In this document: piece after piece, positions 18,150 through 28,362 of the stretch
Layout of the letters: each line of letters begins with the position of its first letter
Position numbering within the stretch: position 1 is the first letter of the stretch
IMG/VR virus record: IMGVR_UViG_3300048925_000129
Length of the DNA stretch: 64,000 nucleotides
Source of the DNA: a virus
Reading direction: 5' to 3' (one strand)
Program-made: the position numbers and the translations under genes
Notes under the pieces: generated by a model
The model's input: only the letters and a program-made list of their open reading frames with translations
Database searches by the model: none
What the model was told of the DNA's origin: nothing

Positions 18150-18634
18150 TAATCTCCTTCAATTTCAATTAGTTCTTTTGAGGAGTAAGTTCCGTTAACC
18201 TTAATAAGGGCTGCTTTGTCAATACTGTTCTCTTCCTCATCAGTCAAGTCTACTTCATATAAAATGTAGTAATCTCTTTCTGGATCATACAGTGGGAGAA
18301 ACTCTCCAGTATCGTCATTAACAACTCCTAAAATAACATCACCTACAAAATCTTTGTAGATCATTCCTTCGATAGTGTCTTCATTTAAATGCTTAAGCTT
18401 CTCAAATTCTTCTAGAGTAAGAACGATAACTGATCCTGTAGTCTGAAGACAAGTATCTTCAATATCTACAGAAGAGTAATCATCAGTAATTCCCATCTCA
18501 TGAGGTTCAACCTCATTAATTAAAGCTTCTACTTCTGACTCAATACCATTACCTAATTGATAAGTAAATCCTGTACCTAAGACAATAATGTCTGTAGGGG
18601 TTTCAATAGTTCTTAAGTGTTTATGTTTTTTCAT
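18149..18634 (-). CDS. Acidic hypothetical protein
   Basis: 161 aa, very Asp/Glu-rich. Confidence 0.6.
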   Translation of the reverse strand: MKKHKHLRTIETPTDIIVLGTGFTYQLGNGIESEVEALINEVEPHEMGITDDYSSVDIEDTCLQTTGSVIVLTLEEFEKLKHLNEDTIEGMIYKDFVGDVILGVVNDDTGEFLPLYDPERDYYILYEVDLTDEEENSIDKAALIKVNGTYSSKELIEIEGD

Positions 18635-19335
18635 AGTACAAATGTATTTCCGTGATAATGTATTCCTTTTCCAAACTCTCCATCCTTAACGGCTGCTCCG
18701 TTAGAATAGATAATTCCATTTCTTTCCTTGATTCCCGTATTGAAGCAAGTACTATTGTCATGAATGTGACCAAAACAGTGAAGTTTTAAGTGTTCCATTT
18801 TATCTATCTTCGTTCCAAGAGCTGAACATCCACAGTAGTAAAGTTCATTTCTCATAGAAGAAAGATCCAGATGACCTTTTCTTGGTCCGTGGGTGATCAA
18901 AATATGAGTATCATCAGGGATCATATCCCAATGTTTAGCCATCTTTGCTCTAGGTGCAGAGAAATACCATGTTCCAAACTCAGGAGTCATTGCATCTCCC
19001 CAGAAGTTTAAACCATATACTGAAAAAGAATCTTTGTTCAAATACTCAATTCCAGCATCCTTGCACATATCTCGAACTCTTTTGTTCTCAAAGTAACAAG
19101 TAGCATCATGATTCCCTGGAACAAAGATCTTAATAGGAATAGGAAGAGACTCATACCATTTCACAAAGGCTCCCCACTCTACTGAGTTAGATAGTCTGTC
19201 TCGACTATTTGTTGCATCCCCTGAGTGAATCAGAATATCTGTGTCTGAAGGAATGTTTAGTTTATCCCATTGTTGATTGTGAGTATCTGAGATGTGATGG
19301 ATCTTTAATCCACTGTCTGAAAGTTTATGTATCAT
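18631..19335 (-). CDS. Calcineurin-like metallophosphoesterase
   Basis: SDTH, GD, GNHD, THG, GHIH motifs. Confidence 0.92.
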   Translation of the reverse strand: MIHKLSDSGLKIHHISDTHNQQWDKLNIPSDTDILIHSGDATNSRDRLSNSVEWGAFVKWYESLPIPIKIFVPGNHDATCYFENKRVRDMCKDAGIEYLNKDSFSVYGLNFWGDAMTPEFGTWYFSAPRAKMAKHWDMIPDDTHILITHGPRKGHLDLSSMRNELYYCGCSALGTKIDKMEHLKLHCFGHIHDNSTCFNTGIKERNGIIYSNGAAVKDGEFGKGIHYHGNTFVL

Positions 19336-19739
19336 TTAATTCTGTCTTTTACAATTCGTATTAATGCTTTTAAAGCTACTGGTCTTACTTTATGTATATC
19401 ATAAGTTGCCAGTCCCATATCTACAGGTTCCAAAGAATACACCTCTAGGAATTCCCCTTGTTTTATCTCCTTTATGAGACAGATATAGCCAATACCATCA
19501 CCCCAAAGTGTAAATTCGGGGAAGAGGTTATAAGTTTCAATGAACCAATCAAATGTTTGTTGCCAGGTTGGGGCTGATATATTGTTTGTTCTTTCTAATT
19601 CAGAATTTTTTAAAGTCACAAAACCTACTTTAAAACTCATTTCTTTAGTACTAACAAACCACACATTTAAACATCTTTCATTAAACCCTAGTTCTTTTAG
19701 TTCTAAGGCTAATTCATAAGGTATAAATTGTTCTTCCAT
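19332..19739 (-). CDS. Hypothetical protein, paralog family EQFxxxE..LKELGF
   Basis: Shares N-terminus and APxWQQxFDxF with 27060-27497 and 27925-28362. Confidence 0.7.
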   Translation of the reverse strand: MEEQFIPYELALELKELGFNERCLNVWFVSTKEMSFKVGFVTLKNSELERTNNISAPTWQQTFDWFIETYNLFPEFTLWGDGIGYICLIKEIKQGEFLEVYSLEPVDMGLATYDIHKVRPVALKALIRIVKDRIK

Positions 19740-20467
19740 TATTTTCCATTTTTTATAATATCAAAGTATCTTTCTTTTAACATTCTGACATACAAGTCAT
19801 TATTAACTCCGTAGTTTCCAATAGACCACATATCATTGAACTCAATGCAGGTCTTTTGTCTAAACTTACTGAATTTTCTATAAACAGCCATATCTACTGT
19901 GAAAGTAGAGGGAAATCCTGGCAGCTTCTCATCTTTTTCTTGAAGTAATTTCCAAACGTAATTGTACATTCCTTCCAAGTCGGTAACCAGTTCACCACTG
20001 TAGTTTTTAATATCTACAATCTTATCTCTGAAGACATACACTCTCCATTCTGATACTATATCAGGAATAACCTCTTGTACAATGATTTCAGCATCTGGGT
20101 AGTGGTGTTGGTACTGTTGGTAGTTCATTTCATCTATTACAGTTCCAGTAAAGAGTTTGATCTGGGTCGGCTTTATAAACACGGGCTTCTCATATTGAAA
20201 CTCACTCATAAGCATTCTCTTTTCTTCTCTCAGATTATTCAAAGGGAGTCTAGGCTGCTCAATACCAACTCTCTTAAACACTTCGGTCATGAATTCTACT
20301 GAACCAACAAAGAGCCTTTGTCTGATCAAGTTATCCCATTTACCTTCCTGAACCTCCTCCATTGTGACTAACTTGTAATCAAGAGCCAAATCCTGGGCTC
20401 CGTATAATGCACAAGCACAATCAAAGTGATGGGGCATCCCGTCTTTATTCTTTTGTATGTAAACCAT
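19739..20467 (-). CDS. ATP-grasp domain protein (R2K/DUF4343-like)
   Basis: FIKP...KLFTG, SEWRVYV, TVD, IEFND motifs. Confidence 0.75.
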   Translation of the reverse strand: MVYIQKNKDGMPHHFDCACALYGAQDLALDYKLVTMEEVQEGKWDNLIRQRLFVGSVEFMTEVFKRVGIEQPRLPLNNLREEKRMLMSEFQYEKPVFIKPTQIKLFTGTVIDEMNYQQYQHHYPDAEIIVQEVIPDIVSEWRVYVFRDKIVDIKNYSGELVTDLEGMYNYVWKLLQEKDEKLPGFPSTFTVDMAVYRKFSKFRQKTCIEFNDMWSIGNYGVNNDLYVRMLKERYFDIIKNGK

Positions 20468-20468
20468 A

Positions 20469-20771
20469 TTATTTGTCTTTTATTACAACCATTACTTTAC
20501 CATAAACCTGTTTTGTCCACCCATTGATGCTGCCTTTATTACTACCAATCAGGAGACCCCTTTCTGGATTGACAGCTTTGACTAAGTGAGTGTAAAATCT
20601 CCCCTTCACTTTACAGTAGACAATATCATCCACCTGACATTCTTCCCAAGTAATGGGAGAAATTACATGATCCTGACCTGACTTGATCAATGGTATCATT
20701 GAGTTTCCCTTCTCACTGGTAACAAAAGTTTCCCCAGCCTGAAGACGTTCTAGTTTATAGTTTCGTTTCAT
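20469..20771 (-). CDS. S24/S26 peptidase-fold protein
   Basis: GNSMIPLIKSG, DIVYC, THLVK; start MKRNYKL. Confidence 0.7.
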   Translation of the reverse strand: MKRNYKLERLQAGETFVTSEKGNSMIPLIKSGQDHVISPITWEECQVDDIVYCKVKGRFYTHLVKAVNPERGLLIGSNKGSINGWTKQVYGKVMVVIKDK

Positions 20772-21028
20772 GACTATTTTTCTTTTAACATCCACATGAA
20801 AGCTACAAAGCATACAGCTCCACAGATCATGCCTACAATTGTTGTTAGTGTTTCGTTATCCATAGTTTATTTATACAAAATTAATACAGAATATTTACTA
20901 TCATTAGTGCTATAGGACATAGAAATAATAGTTTTGTTTTCTTTAAGAAAATCATTTACTTTTGCTTGAAAGACGGACTGCCACCCGTCACTTATTACTA
21001 TTGCTTTCATCTGTTTGATTTAATAATG

Positions 21029-21086
21029 CAAATATATGTAAAAAAAATGAGACCTGCAATAGGTCTCACTGTTAAAATAATGTTAA
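21029..21086 (-). promoter_or_regulatory. Fused terminator-promoter with TTAACA box
   Basis: Hairpin TGAGACC-TATTGCA-GGTCTCA plus U-tract; -7 TATATTTG; TTAACA at 21070 and 21081. Confidence 0.82.
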
Positions 21087-21088
21087 AA

Positions 21089-21937
21089 TTAATTAAGAAT
21101 TGTGTTTCTTATCTCAGGAATGTGGGCTTCCTCATCCCAAGCATGAAGAACAATATAGCCTTCTTCAACCTCCAGACAAAGAATTGGGTCTAATACCTCA
21201 GTATTTTTCTTCACCAGTTCAGCCATTTTTGCCATGTTGATCTCATACTCTCTAGTCTTCTCATTCACAATGAAAGTAGGAATTTTCTCTCCATTGGACT
21301 CAATGATCCAGTTCGTGAAGTGAGATTCAGGAGCAATGATCTTTAAGTTACTTTTAATGTAGTTAGACTTCTTTTCAACTCCTAGAACACTCTCAGAAGG
21401 TCTAAGTGAGAAGTATGTGAGATTACCTGCCACACTTCTAGCATCAATAAAGAATTTCTCTTGTTTTATTTTACTGTTGAAACCATTTAAGATATCAAGA
21501 GCAATTGTAGGAATTTCTTTAGAATACATACAAGTCTCTCCTAAGACAAGATCATACTTTTTCATGATCTTAATCATTGTGTCAGTAGGAATAAATTTAA
21601 ATGTTGGGTACTCCAGAGAATACTTGGCTACAGTTTGTTCCAGGGATTTCTTTTCTCTAATCTCAGCTTTTAAATCATCAATCATTTTAGTGTATTCACC
21701 AATTTGTGCATCAATGATCTCCTTGTTCTTCGGTGTTGGTGTATTAACAAAGCCAAACCTGTTCAGGTCATTAGCCTTTTTAATCAACCTTTCATTCTCT
21801 GCTTTATAAGCAGCAATCTTGTCTTGATAATCCTTAATCTTTGTTTCAGAGTTGTGGATGATCCCTACTTCGTTAAGAAGCTTTTCTAATGAACTATTCA
21901 TGTCCATCTTGATTGTGTGTGATGTTATTACTTCCAT
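21089..21937 (-). CDS. Hypothetical protein, distant relative of 36435-37217
   Basis: Shared IAP..xF and DPIL...W motifs. Confidence 0.6.
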   Translation of the reverse strand: MEVITSHTIKMDMNSSLEKLLNEVGIIHNSETKIKDYQDKIAAYKAENERLIKKANDLNRFGFVNTPTPKNKEIIDAQIGEYTKMIDDLKAEIREKKSLEQTVAKYSLEYPTFKFIPTDTMIKIMKKYDLVLGETCMYSKEIPTIALDILNGFNSKIKQEKFFIDARSVAGNLTYFSLRPSESVLGVEKKSNYIKSNLKIIAPESHFTNWIIESNGEKIPTFIVNEKTREYEINMAKMAELVKKNTEVLDPILCLEVEEGYIVLHAWDEEAHIPEIRNTILN

Positions 21938-21938
21938 T

Positions 21939-22715
21939 CTATTTTAAATGTACTTTCGTTTTAAGTAGCTCCTTTAAATCAGGAGTGATGTTTTTGGTTT
22001 GGATAGTTTTGTATAGTTTTTTAACTCTTTTGTCCTCATTTAACCAGACAAGAACTCTACCTCCAACTTCAAAACCTGCTTCCTCCAGCAGTATCTGATA
22101 GAATGAAAATTGAGCTGAATATTTTCCCATGTTATCCTGAATTAACCCGTAATCTGGATTGACATGAAATAAAGGATCTTTTTTATAGACATCGGTTAAA
22201 GCCTTATTGGTCTTATAGTCATAGATGATGTACTTACCTGTTTTGGTGTTATACAAAATACCATCACATGTTCCTGTGTACCAGTGGGTTGGAGAGTACA
22301 TTTGTAACTCTGTAGCTACTGGAACCAGATAATCTGGTAAATCATTTATGAACTGAATAGCTCCAAGACTCTGTTTATCAATTGGAACTGGTCTTTCACA
22401 CTCCTGAAGGAACTTCCACCTAACATAGTCCTCTCCTATTAAGTGAACCTTACTTCCATGAGAGGTGGCTATGTCTCCCTCTCCTAGCCAGGATAGTTTA
22501 ACATCTTCTACTTCTAAACCTCTTTCAGCAGCCCATTTAGGAGCTATATTATCTGTATCGAATTCTTCATAGAGATGTTTCAGTAATGATGATACTGATT
22601 TAATGGGAGTAGGGTCACCCGTAATCCAGTACCTGTGACCCTCTTCAGAAAAGTTTACTTTTTCAAAAGGTTCTTTTAATTTTTTATTGTGTTGTTTTAT
22701 TTCTTCTATTTTCAT
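21939..22715 (-). CDS. PD-(D/E)XK exonuclease
   Basis: F.EEGHRY, HGSKVH, GTCD, IYDYKTN, QFSFY. Confidence 0.82.
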   Translation of the reverse strand: MKIEEIKQHNKKLKEPFEKVNFSEEGHRYWITGDPTPIKSVSSLLKHLYEEFDTDNIAPKWAAERGLEVEDVKLSWLGEGDIATSHGSKVHLIGEDYVRWKFLQECERPVPIDKQSLGAIQFINDLPDYLVPVATELQMYSPTHWYTGTCDGILYNTKTGKYIIYDYKTNKALTDVYKKDPLFHVNPDYGLIQDNMGKYSAQFSFYQILLEEAGFEVGGRVLVWLNEDKRVKKLYKTIQTKNITPDLKELLKTKVHLK

Positions 22716-23050
22716 TCATAAGATCTTTCATGCTTTTTATTATTATCAAATATTGAAAAATATTTCATTCCATCAGTATGAGTATCTAAAAATACGAGTG
22801 TATAATCTTTACCTTCATAAACGTGTTTTTCATAAAAACGTTGACAATGTATGCTACCTGAATAATAATTACCTTCCTCATTCTCCAATTCATTAATACT
22901 ATCAGCATACCCTACTTCACCTCCATCTATAAACCAAAAGTATTTTGAGTTATCTAATATAGGGTAAACTACCCAATCTTCAGTAAATCCTACATGATTA
23001 TATATAGATTGTAAAGCATTATTATAATTTTCTAATAGTTTTATACTCAT
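22712..23050 (-). CDS. Hypothetical protein
   Basis: 112 aa ORF. Confidence 0.6.
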   Translation of the reverse strand: MSIKLLENYNNALQSIYNHVGFTEDWVVYPILDNSKYFWFIDGGEVGYADSINELENEEGNYYSGSIHCQRFYEKHVYEGKDYTLVFLDTHTDGMKYFSIFDNNKKHERSYE

Positions 23051-23078
23051 AATTTATTTCTTTATAAGTTTTATTAAT

Positions 23079-23324
23079 TTATTTCAAGCTATCCATAATC
23101 TCTTTTACTTTTTCAGGTGCAACAAGTCCCGTTTCTCTGTGTAATTCATCACCATTTTCGTTGACAAATACAAGAGTAGGAACTTTCCTGATATTATACT
23201 TAAGTGTTTGTTCTGGTTCTAGTTGAATGTTAATTGATTTGATTGGGAAGTTTGCTCCATCGAGCATTGTAGTTAGTGTTCTACAAGGAGAACAATAGTC
23301 TCCATAAAATTTTAAAATAGTCAT
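23079..23324 (-). CDS. Thioredoxin-like protein
   Basis: FYGDYCSPC and cis-Pro motif VPTLVF. Confidence 0.88.
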   Translation of the reverse strand: MTILKFYGDYCSPCRTLTTMLDGANFPIKSINIQLEPEQTLKYNIRKVPTLVFVNENGDELHRETGLVAPEKVKEIMDSLK

Positions 23325-23574
23325 TTTTTTATTTTTATTACAGTTGCAGAAATTAATTTATTAGTTTCTCTATCAATATAAGCAAAATGAGTCCAACTTT
23401 TTTTAGAATAGATTTCTTTAAAGTCTGAACTTGTATTACTTAAAAAAGATTCTTCTTTAACTTCAGACTTGTCCACCCATCCAATGTACTTTAAGTCTTC
23501 TTTACTAAGAATCATTAATATACAGTGGTCAAATATATGAGCATTTTTTGCATCTTTTATAAGGGTTGCTTCCA

Positions 23575-23967
23575 TCAGAATAATTGGTTTAGATTGACTG
23601 GTTTGTAATTTGCTGGTTTGATGACTTTACCATTCTCGTTTTTATGAACCTTTCCGTTCTCATCGAGTTTAGTCATGTTGTTAGAGTGTACCAAATCCCA
23701 GGCTTGTGAAAACTTGTCTAATACTCCTGCTTCATGCATTGTTCCCAGAACAATATAAAGGATATCTACTCCAGCATCCAGAATTTCTACTGAATCTCCC
23801 AAATCCATAGCTTCATTTAGTTCTTTTACTTCTTCCATAAGTAACTCTCTTCTAAGTCTAACTGCTTCCTCAAATGCTTCTATAGTCTTTTCTTCTAATA
23901 GGTGTCCTTCAGTTACTTCAACTAGTTTTGTTTGAAATTCTCTAATGTCTCTAATCTGTTTTTCCAT
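23575..23967 (-). CDS. MazG/PRA-PH-like nucleoside triphosphate pyrophosphohydrolase
   Basis: EEVKEL, DAGVDILY, VHSNNMTK, GKVIKP. Confidence 0.88.
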   Translation of the reverse strand: MEKQIRDIREFQTKLVEVTEGHLLEEKTIEAFEEAVRLRRELLMEEVKELNEAMDLGDSVEILDAGVDILYIVLGTMHEAGVLDKFSQAWDLVHSNNMTKLDENGKVHKNENGKVIKPANYKPVNLNQLF

Positions 23968-24277
23968 TCGTTTCTTCGTTTAAAAAGGGTTTATTGTTGC
24001 CAGGTGGACAACATTCATTCATTTCATTTAAGATCCTACATTGCATTTCCTCATACGTCTCATCTGGTACTTCATCTGGGAACGGCATCTCGGTGCTGTA
24101 GAAAATTAAGCCATAACCAAATACTGAAAAATCAGTAGATAGTTCTTTAACGTCAAGTTTAGACCTTTCAGCAGGGGTCAGATATCTAAGAAGATATTCC
24201 TGAACATTCTGACCTCCATACATTGGTCCGAGTATTGGGCTTACAAAATACTCTCTTACGGTATATAATTTTTTCAT
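23951..24277 (-). CDS. Hypothetical protein
   Basis: 108 aa ORF with translational coupling. Confidence 0.5.
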   Translation of the reverse strand: MKKLYTVREYFVSPILGPMYGGQNVQEYLLRYLTPAERSKLDVKELSTDFSVFGYGLIFYSTEMPFPDEVPDETYEEMQCRILNEMNECCPPGNNKPFLNEETNGKTD

Positions 24278-24765
24278 GTTTTTCTACCTTTACCATACTT
24301 CTCTTTATAAACACTATTTTTAGATACTCCTGTTTTGTCAGAAATCTCTGCTATAGTGAAAGTAGAAGTAGATAATAAATTTCTAACTTCTTCAATTTGT
24401 TTATTAGTCCACTTCGAGTAAGGATGCTTTTCACCCATAGGTTTTAAATTAGATTCAATACTATGTTTGATATTATATAACCTAGTACACCATTCTAAAT
24501 TATCTTTATGATTATTTTGTCTATCTCCATCTTTATGATTAACCTCTGGTAAGTTATCAGGATTTGGGTGAAAAGCCATAGCAACTAATCTGTGAACAAA
24601 TTGTTTTTTCTTCCCATCAGGAGTAGTTACTGTTAACTGAAGATACCCTTTGCTATTACTATGAGATAAAACTTCATTATCAGGAGTTCTGGTTCTTGTA
24701 TTCTTTTTTAAAGAATAAATTTTCCCCTCTTCAGTTATTAAATAGTCATATAATTGTTTTGTCAT
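24274..24765 (-). CDS. Free-standing HNH homing endonuclease
   Basis: VHRLVAMAF.PNP.NLPEVNHKDG...NN...NLEWC. Confidence 0.92.
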   Translation of the reverse strand: MTKQLYDYLITEEGKIYSLKKNTRTRTPDNEVLSHSNSKGYLQLTVTTPDGKKKQFVHRLVAMAFHPNPDNLPEVNHKDGDRQNNHKDNLEWCTRLYNIKHSIESNLKPMGEKHPYSKWTNKQIEEVRNLLSTSTFTIAEISDKTGVSKNSVYKEKYGKGRKT

Positions 24766-24766
24766 A

Positions 24767-27070
24767 TTAATGTATCCAATGGTTTCCGACTTCAGCAGTT
24801 GCAGTCATAATTTTAGGATTTAGAAAAACATTTGCTCCCTCCATCATATTTCTCTCAATAAATTCCTTGGCATATTCATTTCTTTCTTTGTTTAATGTTT
24901 CTAATCCTATTTCGTCATGTACAGCTACAATTATTAAAATATCATCAATTTCTTTCTCAATAAGTTCATTCCTCATTAAGATCAAGGCTGTTTTTGTTTC
25001 AGAACTACTTGTTCCTTGGATTCTGTAGTTGGTAGACTTTCTTTGAAGTGAGCCCTTGATTCCAAAGAACTTTCTCCAGAGTTGTTTGATCTCAGGATAC
25101 TGCTCATTAAGTTCTTCTTTTAAAGCTGCTTTCTCTTCTTTGCTCATTTCTCCTCTCTTGAAATATTCCTCTGGATAATATTCTCTGACTTCATCATTAG
25201 CTTGCTGCATCTCTTCAAAATCCGTACTAAACCATCTTCTATCTACAACTTGATCAATCTGAATATAGTTGTGTTTAAAGGTATGAGCTGCCCAGTTATC
25301 CATTGCTTCCTTTAATTTAGGATAAGCCCCAAAGTAATTATCAATAAAAACCTGTGCTTCATCAGGAGTAAGACCAAAATCTTCAGCAAAACCTTTAGCC
25401 TCTTTTCCATACAAAAGACCAAAAGAAATAATTTTAGCTTCACCCCTTTTCTTATTATGGAATTTGGTGAATCCCTCTTGACCTTTAGCTGGAAAATCTT
25501 CAGCACTAGGATCATGAGCTTTATTCATTTGATTACTTGTGTACATGTGCATATCATCTCCATATATCGGGTGACCGTTAATGAAGAAATCAATCATCAC
25601 ATCCTCTTCAGCCAGACATGCCACAGTTCTAACTTCCTGATTACTAAAGTCGGCAAAGATCATAGTTTTAAAATCTTCTATTACTTTAAAAGCATCTCTA
25701 TAGATACCTCCAGGAATCTGTTGAACGTTTGGAGAGGAACTTGCCATTCTACCAGAATTCAGGATCTGTCTGAAGTTGGTATGAACTCTTCCAGTAATTG
25801 GGTGAACATACTTAAGCCATTTTCTACCAAAGGTAGTTGTGTTCTGCTCTGATCTCTTAAATAAGAGATAGGCTAGAATCAACCTTTGGTGATCTTCAAC
25901 ATAAGTTCCATCTTCGTTGGTTTCAAACCCTAGCCAGTTCTGTTCCAGATAAGCTGTTTTAAGGTCGTTTCCTAGGGTTTTAAGTAGTGCTGTGGCTCCT
26001 ACTGTCCAATCCATCTTTTTAGTCTGTTTACTGAACTCTTTAGGGCATATTTCAAGGTATCTGAAGAATTCTACAACCTGAGTCGAAGAAGTCCATTCAA
26101 TTTTACACCTTTGATGGAAATCGAATAAATTTGGTGGTTCAACAAACTTTGGATAGAACTGCTCTACATATTTGTTAATAATTTCAAACCTTTCTTCATA
26201 GATCTTTTCCTGATCAGATGCAATATTTAGCCAAACTTCTTCACTGAACGGCATTCCGTTAAGTTCCATGTCAGCTATACACTGAGTAAAGGCATTTTCC
26301 ATTCTGAAAAGTTTATGAGGTAAATACACCTCACCGTTGGGAAGTTTTCTTCCCAGTAATTGCCTCTCCATAATTAAGATAGGATAAAGAATATCATCCG
26401 ATCCATAGAGGATTTGTTTTGCCGTGAAATTTCTGATTCCAATTGTCACGAACTCCATCCTTGTAGATTTGTCAATCTGTTCTGTGTTGGCAATCTCAAA
26501 AGGAGTCAGTAAGTATTCATTCTCAGCAATGAATTCATCATTAAGGGTTGCTTCTTTCTCTGACTCGAATAAGTTGATATCTTCAACCTTTTTAACCCCA
26601 AGGTATTCAGCAGCCATACCAGCTAAAGAGAAACCTCTTTGAAGTCCATTGTACAGACACATCTCAGCTATCATACAGTCCCAGACTTTCTTTAGTCTGA
26701 TCCCATAATTGTGTCTTAGATGTTTTCCCTCAAATTTAAGGTTAACTCCAATGAAGGTACATTGTTTATTCCAATGAAGGAATTTGATAATTGGTTTAAG
26801 TTCCTTATTACTGAAGTCTCTCACATCAATAACAAAGATCTTTTCCAGGTTTCCAATCTGTAACATGACTACATTGGAAAGATAAGGATCTAAACCTCCT
26901 CGATAAACCTCTCCTTTGGCTTCCTTCCTATCCTGGAACTTTCTTGTGGTCTCTATATCGAGTCCAAGTAACTTTTTATTCTTAATGAACTCCAGACAAT
27001 CCTGAATGGTGGCATAATTCTCAACTCCCTCTACTTTATACTTGGCAACGAAGTAAGTTTTAGTCTCCAT
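24767..27070 (-). CDS. polA: Family A DNA polymerase with 3'-5' exonuclease
   Basis: Exo DIET; SGRMASSSPNVQQIP; motif A DFSNQEVR; motif B RGEAKIISFGLLYG; motif C VHDEI. Confidence 0.95.
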   Translation of the reverse strand: METKTYFVAKYKVEGVENYATIQDCLEFIKNKKLLGLDIETTRKFQDRKEAKGEVYRGGLDPYLSNVVMLQIGNLEKIFVIDVRDFSNKELKPIIKFLHWNKQCTFIGVNLKFEGKHLRHNYGIRLKKVWDCMIAEMCLYNGLQRGFSLAGMAAEYLGVKKVEDINLFESEKEATLNDEFIAENEYLLTPFEIANTEQIDKSTRMEFVTIGIRNFTAKQILYGSDDILYPILIMERQLLGRKLPNGEVYLPHKLFRMENAFTQCIADMELNGMPFSEEVWLNIASDQEKIYEERFEIINKYVEQFYPKFVEPPNLFDFHQRCKIEWTSSTQVVEFFRYLEICPKEFSKQTKKMDWTVGATALLKTLGNDLKTAYLEQNWLGFETNEDGTYVEDHQRLILAYLLFKRSEQNTTTFGRKWLKYVHPITGRVHTNFRQILNSGRMASSSPNVQQIPGGIYRDAFKVIEDFKTMIFADFSNQEVRTVACLAEEDVMIDFFINGHPIYGDDMHMYTSNQMNKAHDPSAEDFPAKGQEGFTKFHNKKRGEAKIISFGLLYGKEAKGFAEDFGLTPDEAQVFIDNYFGAYPKLKEAMDNWAAHTFKHNYIQIDQVVDRRWFSTDFEEMQQANDEVREYYPEEYFKRGEMSKEEKAALKEELNEQYPEIKQLWRKFFGIKGSLQRKSTNYRIQGTSSSETKTALILMRNELIEKEIDDILIIVAVHDEIGLETLNKERNEYAKEFIERNMMEGANVFLNPKIMTATAEVGNHWIH

Positions 27071-27497
27071 CTTCTTTTATCAATTCAATTATCTTTTTTA
27101 AACATTCTAGCCTTGCTTCTTGGTATGAAGTAAAATCTTTATGTTGGAATCCCTTTAAGTCGTAATCATAATTTTCATCCTCATATTCATCATATTTCAT
27201 AATGTCTGTTATGTTAAAACAATTAAATGAAGGTTTAATTACTGCATTAATTCCAAATTTTGTTCTAAAGAAATCAAAAGCTTGTTGCCATACAGGAGCT
27301 AAGCATCTTCCATCCATATAAATTACATAGTCTTGCTCCCTATAGTAACCCATTGAAGGAATTTCTTTGTTATCAAAAAATGCCCCCATACATTCTTCAT
27401 TGAAGCCTAATTCAAACAACTGTTGAGCTTCATTAAAAGGTACAAATTGTTCTTTTAATTTACTTTGTGGTTCCTCTATTGCATGTTTTACTGTCAT
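27060..27497 (-). CDS. Hypothetical protein, paralog family EQFxxxE..ELGF
   Basis: EQFVPFNEAQQLFELGFNEEC, APVWQQAFDFF, SYQEA. Confidence 0.7.
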   Translation of the reverse strand: MTVKHAIEEPQSKLKEQFVPFNEAQQLFELGFNEECMGAFFDNKEIPSMGYYREQDYVIYMDGRCLAPVWQQAFDFFRTKFGINAVIKPSFNCFNITDIMKYDEYEDENYDYDLKGFQHKDFTSYQEARLECLKKIIELIKEDGD

Positions 27498-27928
27498 TTT
27501 ACTAATTCTGGGTTTTGATAAATATTTCCAATCACTTCAAATAATTCATAATCAGAAACTTCTTTATAATTTTTTACAATAGGAAAAGTTACCCATTCAA
27601 CTTTACTATTTAATTCTAATAGTCTAAAATTAAATCCTTGGATTTCACATTCATTTACATAACTATCATACCCAACTAGCATTCTATTGGCTGAGCTAAA
27701 TTCACATACAGCTCTCATTGTAATTCCTTTTGCATTCACAAATTCTACAATATCTCCCTGAAATATTTCAGTACCATTTTTATCTACTCTTTCAGTAGAC
27801 ATCATCACTTTTAATAAAGGGTCTTCTCCTGACAAAACTTCTGAAGGTAGTACACTTGGATTTTTGAATAATTTATTCATATTATACTCCATGTCTCCAC
27901 CTGCTAAATCAAATACTCTTAATTTCAT
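27494..27928 (-). CDS. YopX family protein
   Basis: KLRVFD, DKNGTEIFQGDIV, EVIGNIYQNPEL. Confidence 0.88.
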   Translation of the reverse strand: MKLRVFDLAGGDMEYNMNKLFKNPSVLPSEVLSGEDPLLKVMMSTERVDKNGTEIFQGDIVEFVNAKGITMRAVCEFSSANRMLVGYDSYVNECEIQGFNFRLLELNSKVEWVTFPIVKNYKEVSDYELFEVIGNIYQNPELVK

Positions 27929-28362
27929 TCGATTAATTTTAAAGATTCTAATAAACCTGTTTCTAATGCTTCCTCATAGGTTCTATAAGAAGTGTAATTA
28001 TACTTTCTCTCCCAAGGTTTACCTATTCTGTCTTCCTGCACAGGGTTTACAATGTTTATTTCATATTTGAACTCTCCTGCTGCTGAATTACTCACATATA
28101 CACGAAGTTTTTTTACTTCTCTTAACCATTTTTGCAAGAAAGCTTGAGTTGGTTGAGTACATTCAATGTCTGGATTTTGAAATTCTTCAGTATCTGTATC
28201 ATACATATGAACCTTATCATTTATATTCCACCTTTTCATTGCCATGTACCCTGATAAATTAGCAGAGTTTCCTTCCGTATCAAATGTTTTTCTACAGAAT
28301 TCGTTAAATCCTTTTTCTTTGGCTAATTTAGCTGTTTCGAATGTTACAAATTGTTCTTCCAT
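27925..28362 (-). CDS. Hypothetical protein, paralog family EQFxxxE..EKGF
   Basis: MEEQFVTFETAKLAKEKGF, PTQAFLQKWLRE, TYEEALE.GL. Confidence 0.7.
   Translation of the reverse strand: MEEQFVTFETAKLAKEKGFNEFCRKTFDTEGNSANLSGYMAMKRWNINDKVHMYDTDTEEFQNPDIECTQPTQAFLQKWLREVKKLRVYVSNSAAGEFKYEINIVNPVQEDRIGKPWERKYNYTSYRTYEEALETGLLESLKLIE

Noticed and set aside
21939-22715. Cas4/CRISPR adaptation module
   Set aside because: PD-(D/E)XK nuclease without the four-Cys Fe-S pattern, and no array or other cas genes nearby.
10030-27070. Introns or inteins in nrdA, nrdB or polA
   Set aside because: Each ORF is continuous with all motifs and normal length; the adjacent HNH gene lies after the polA stop codon.
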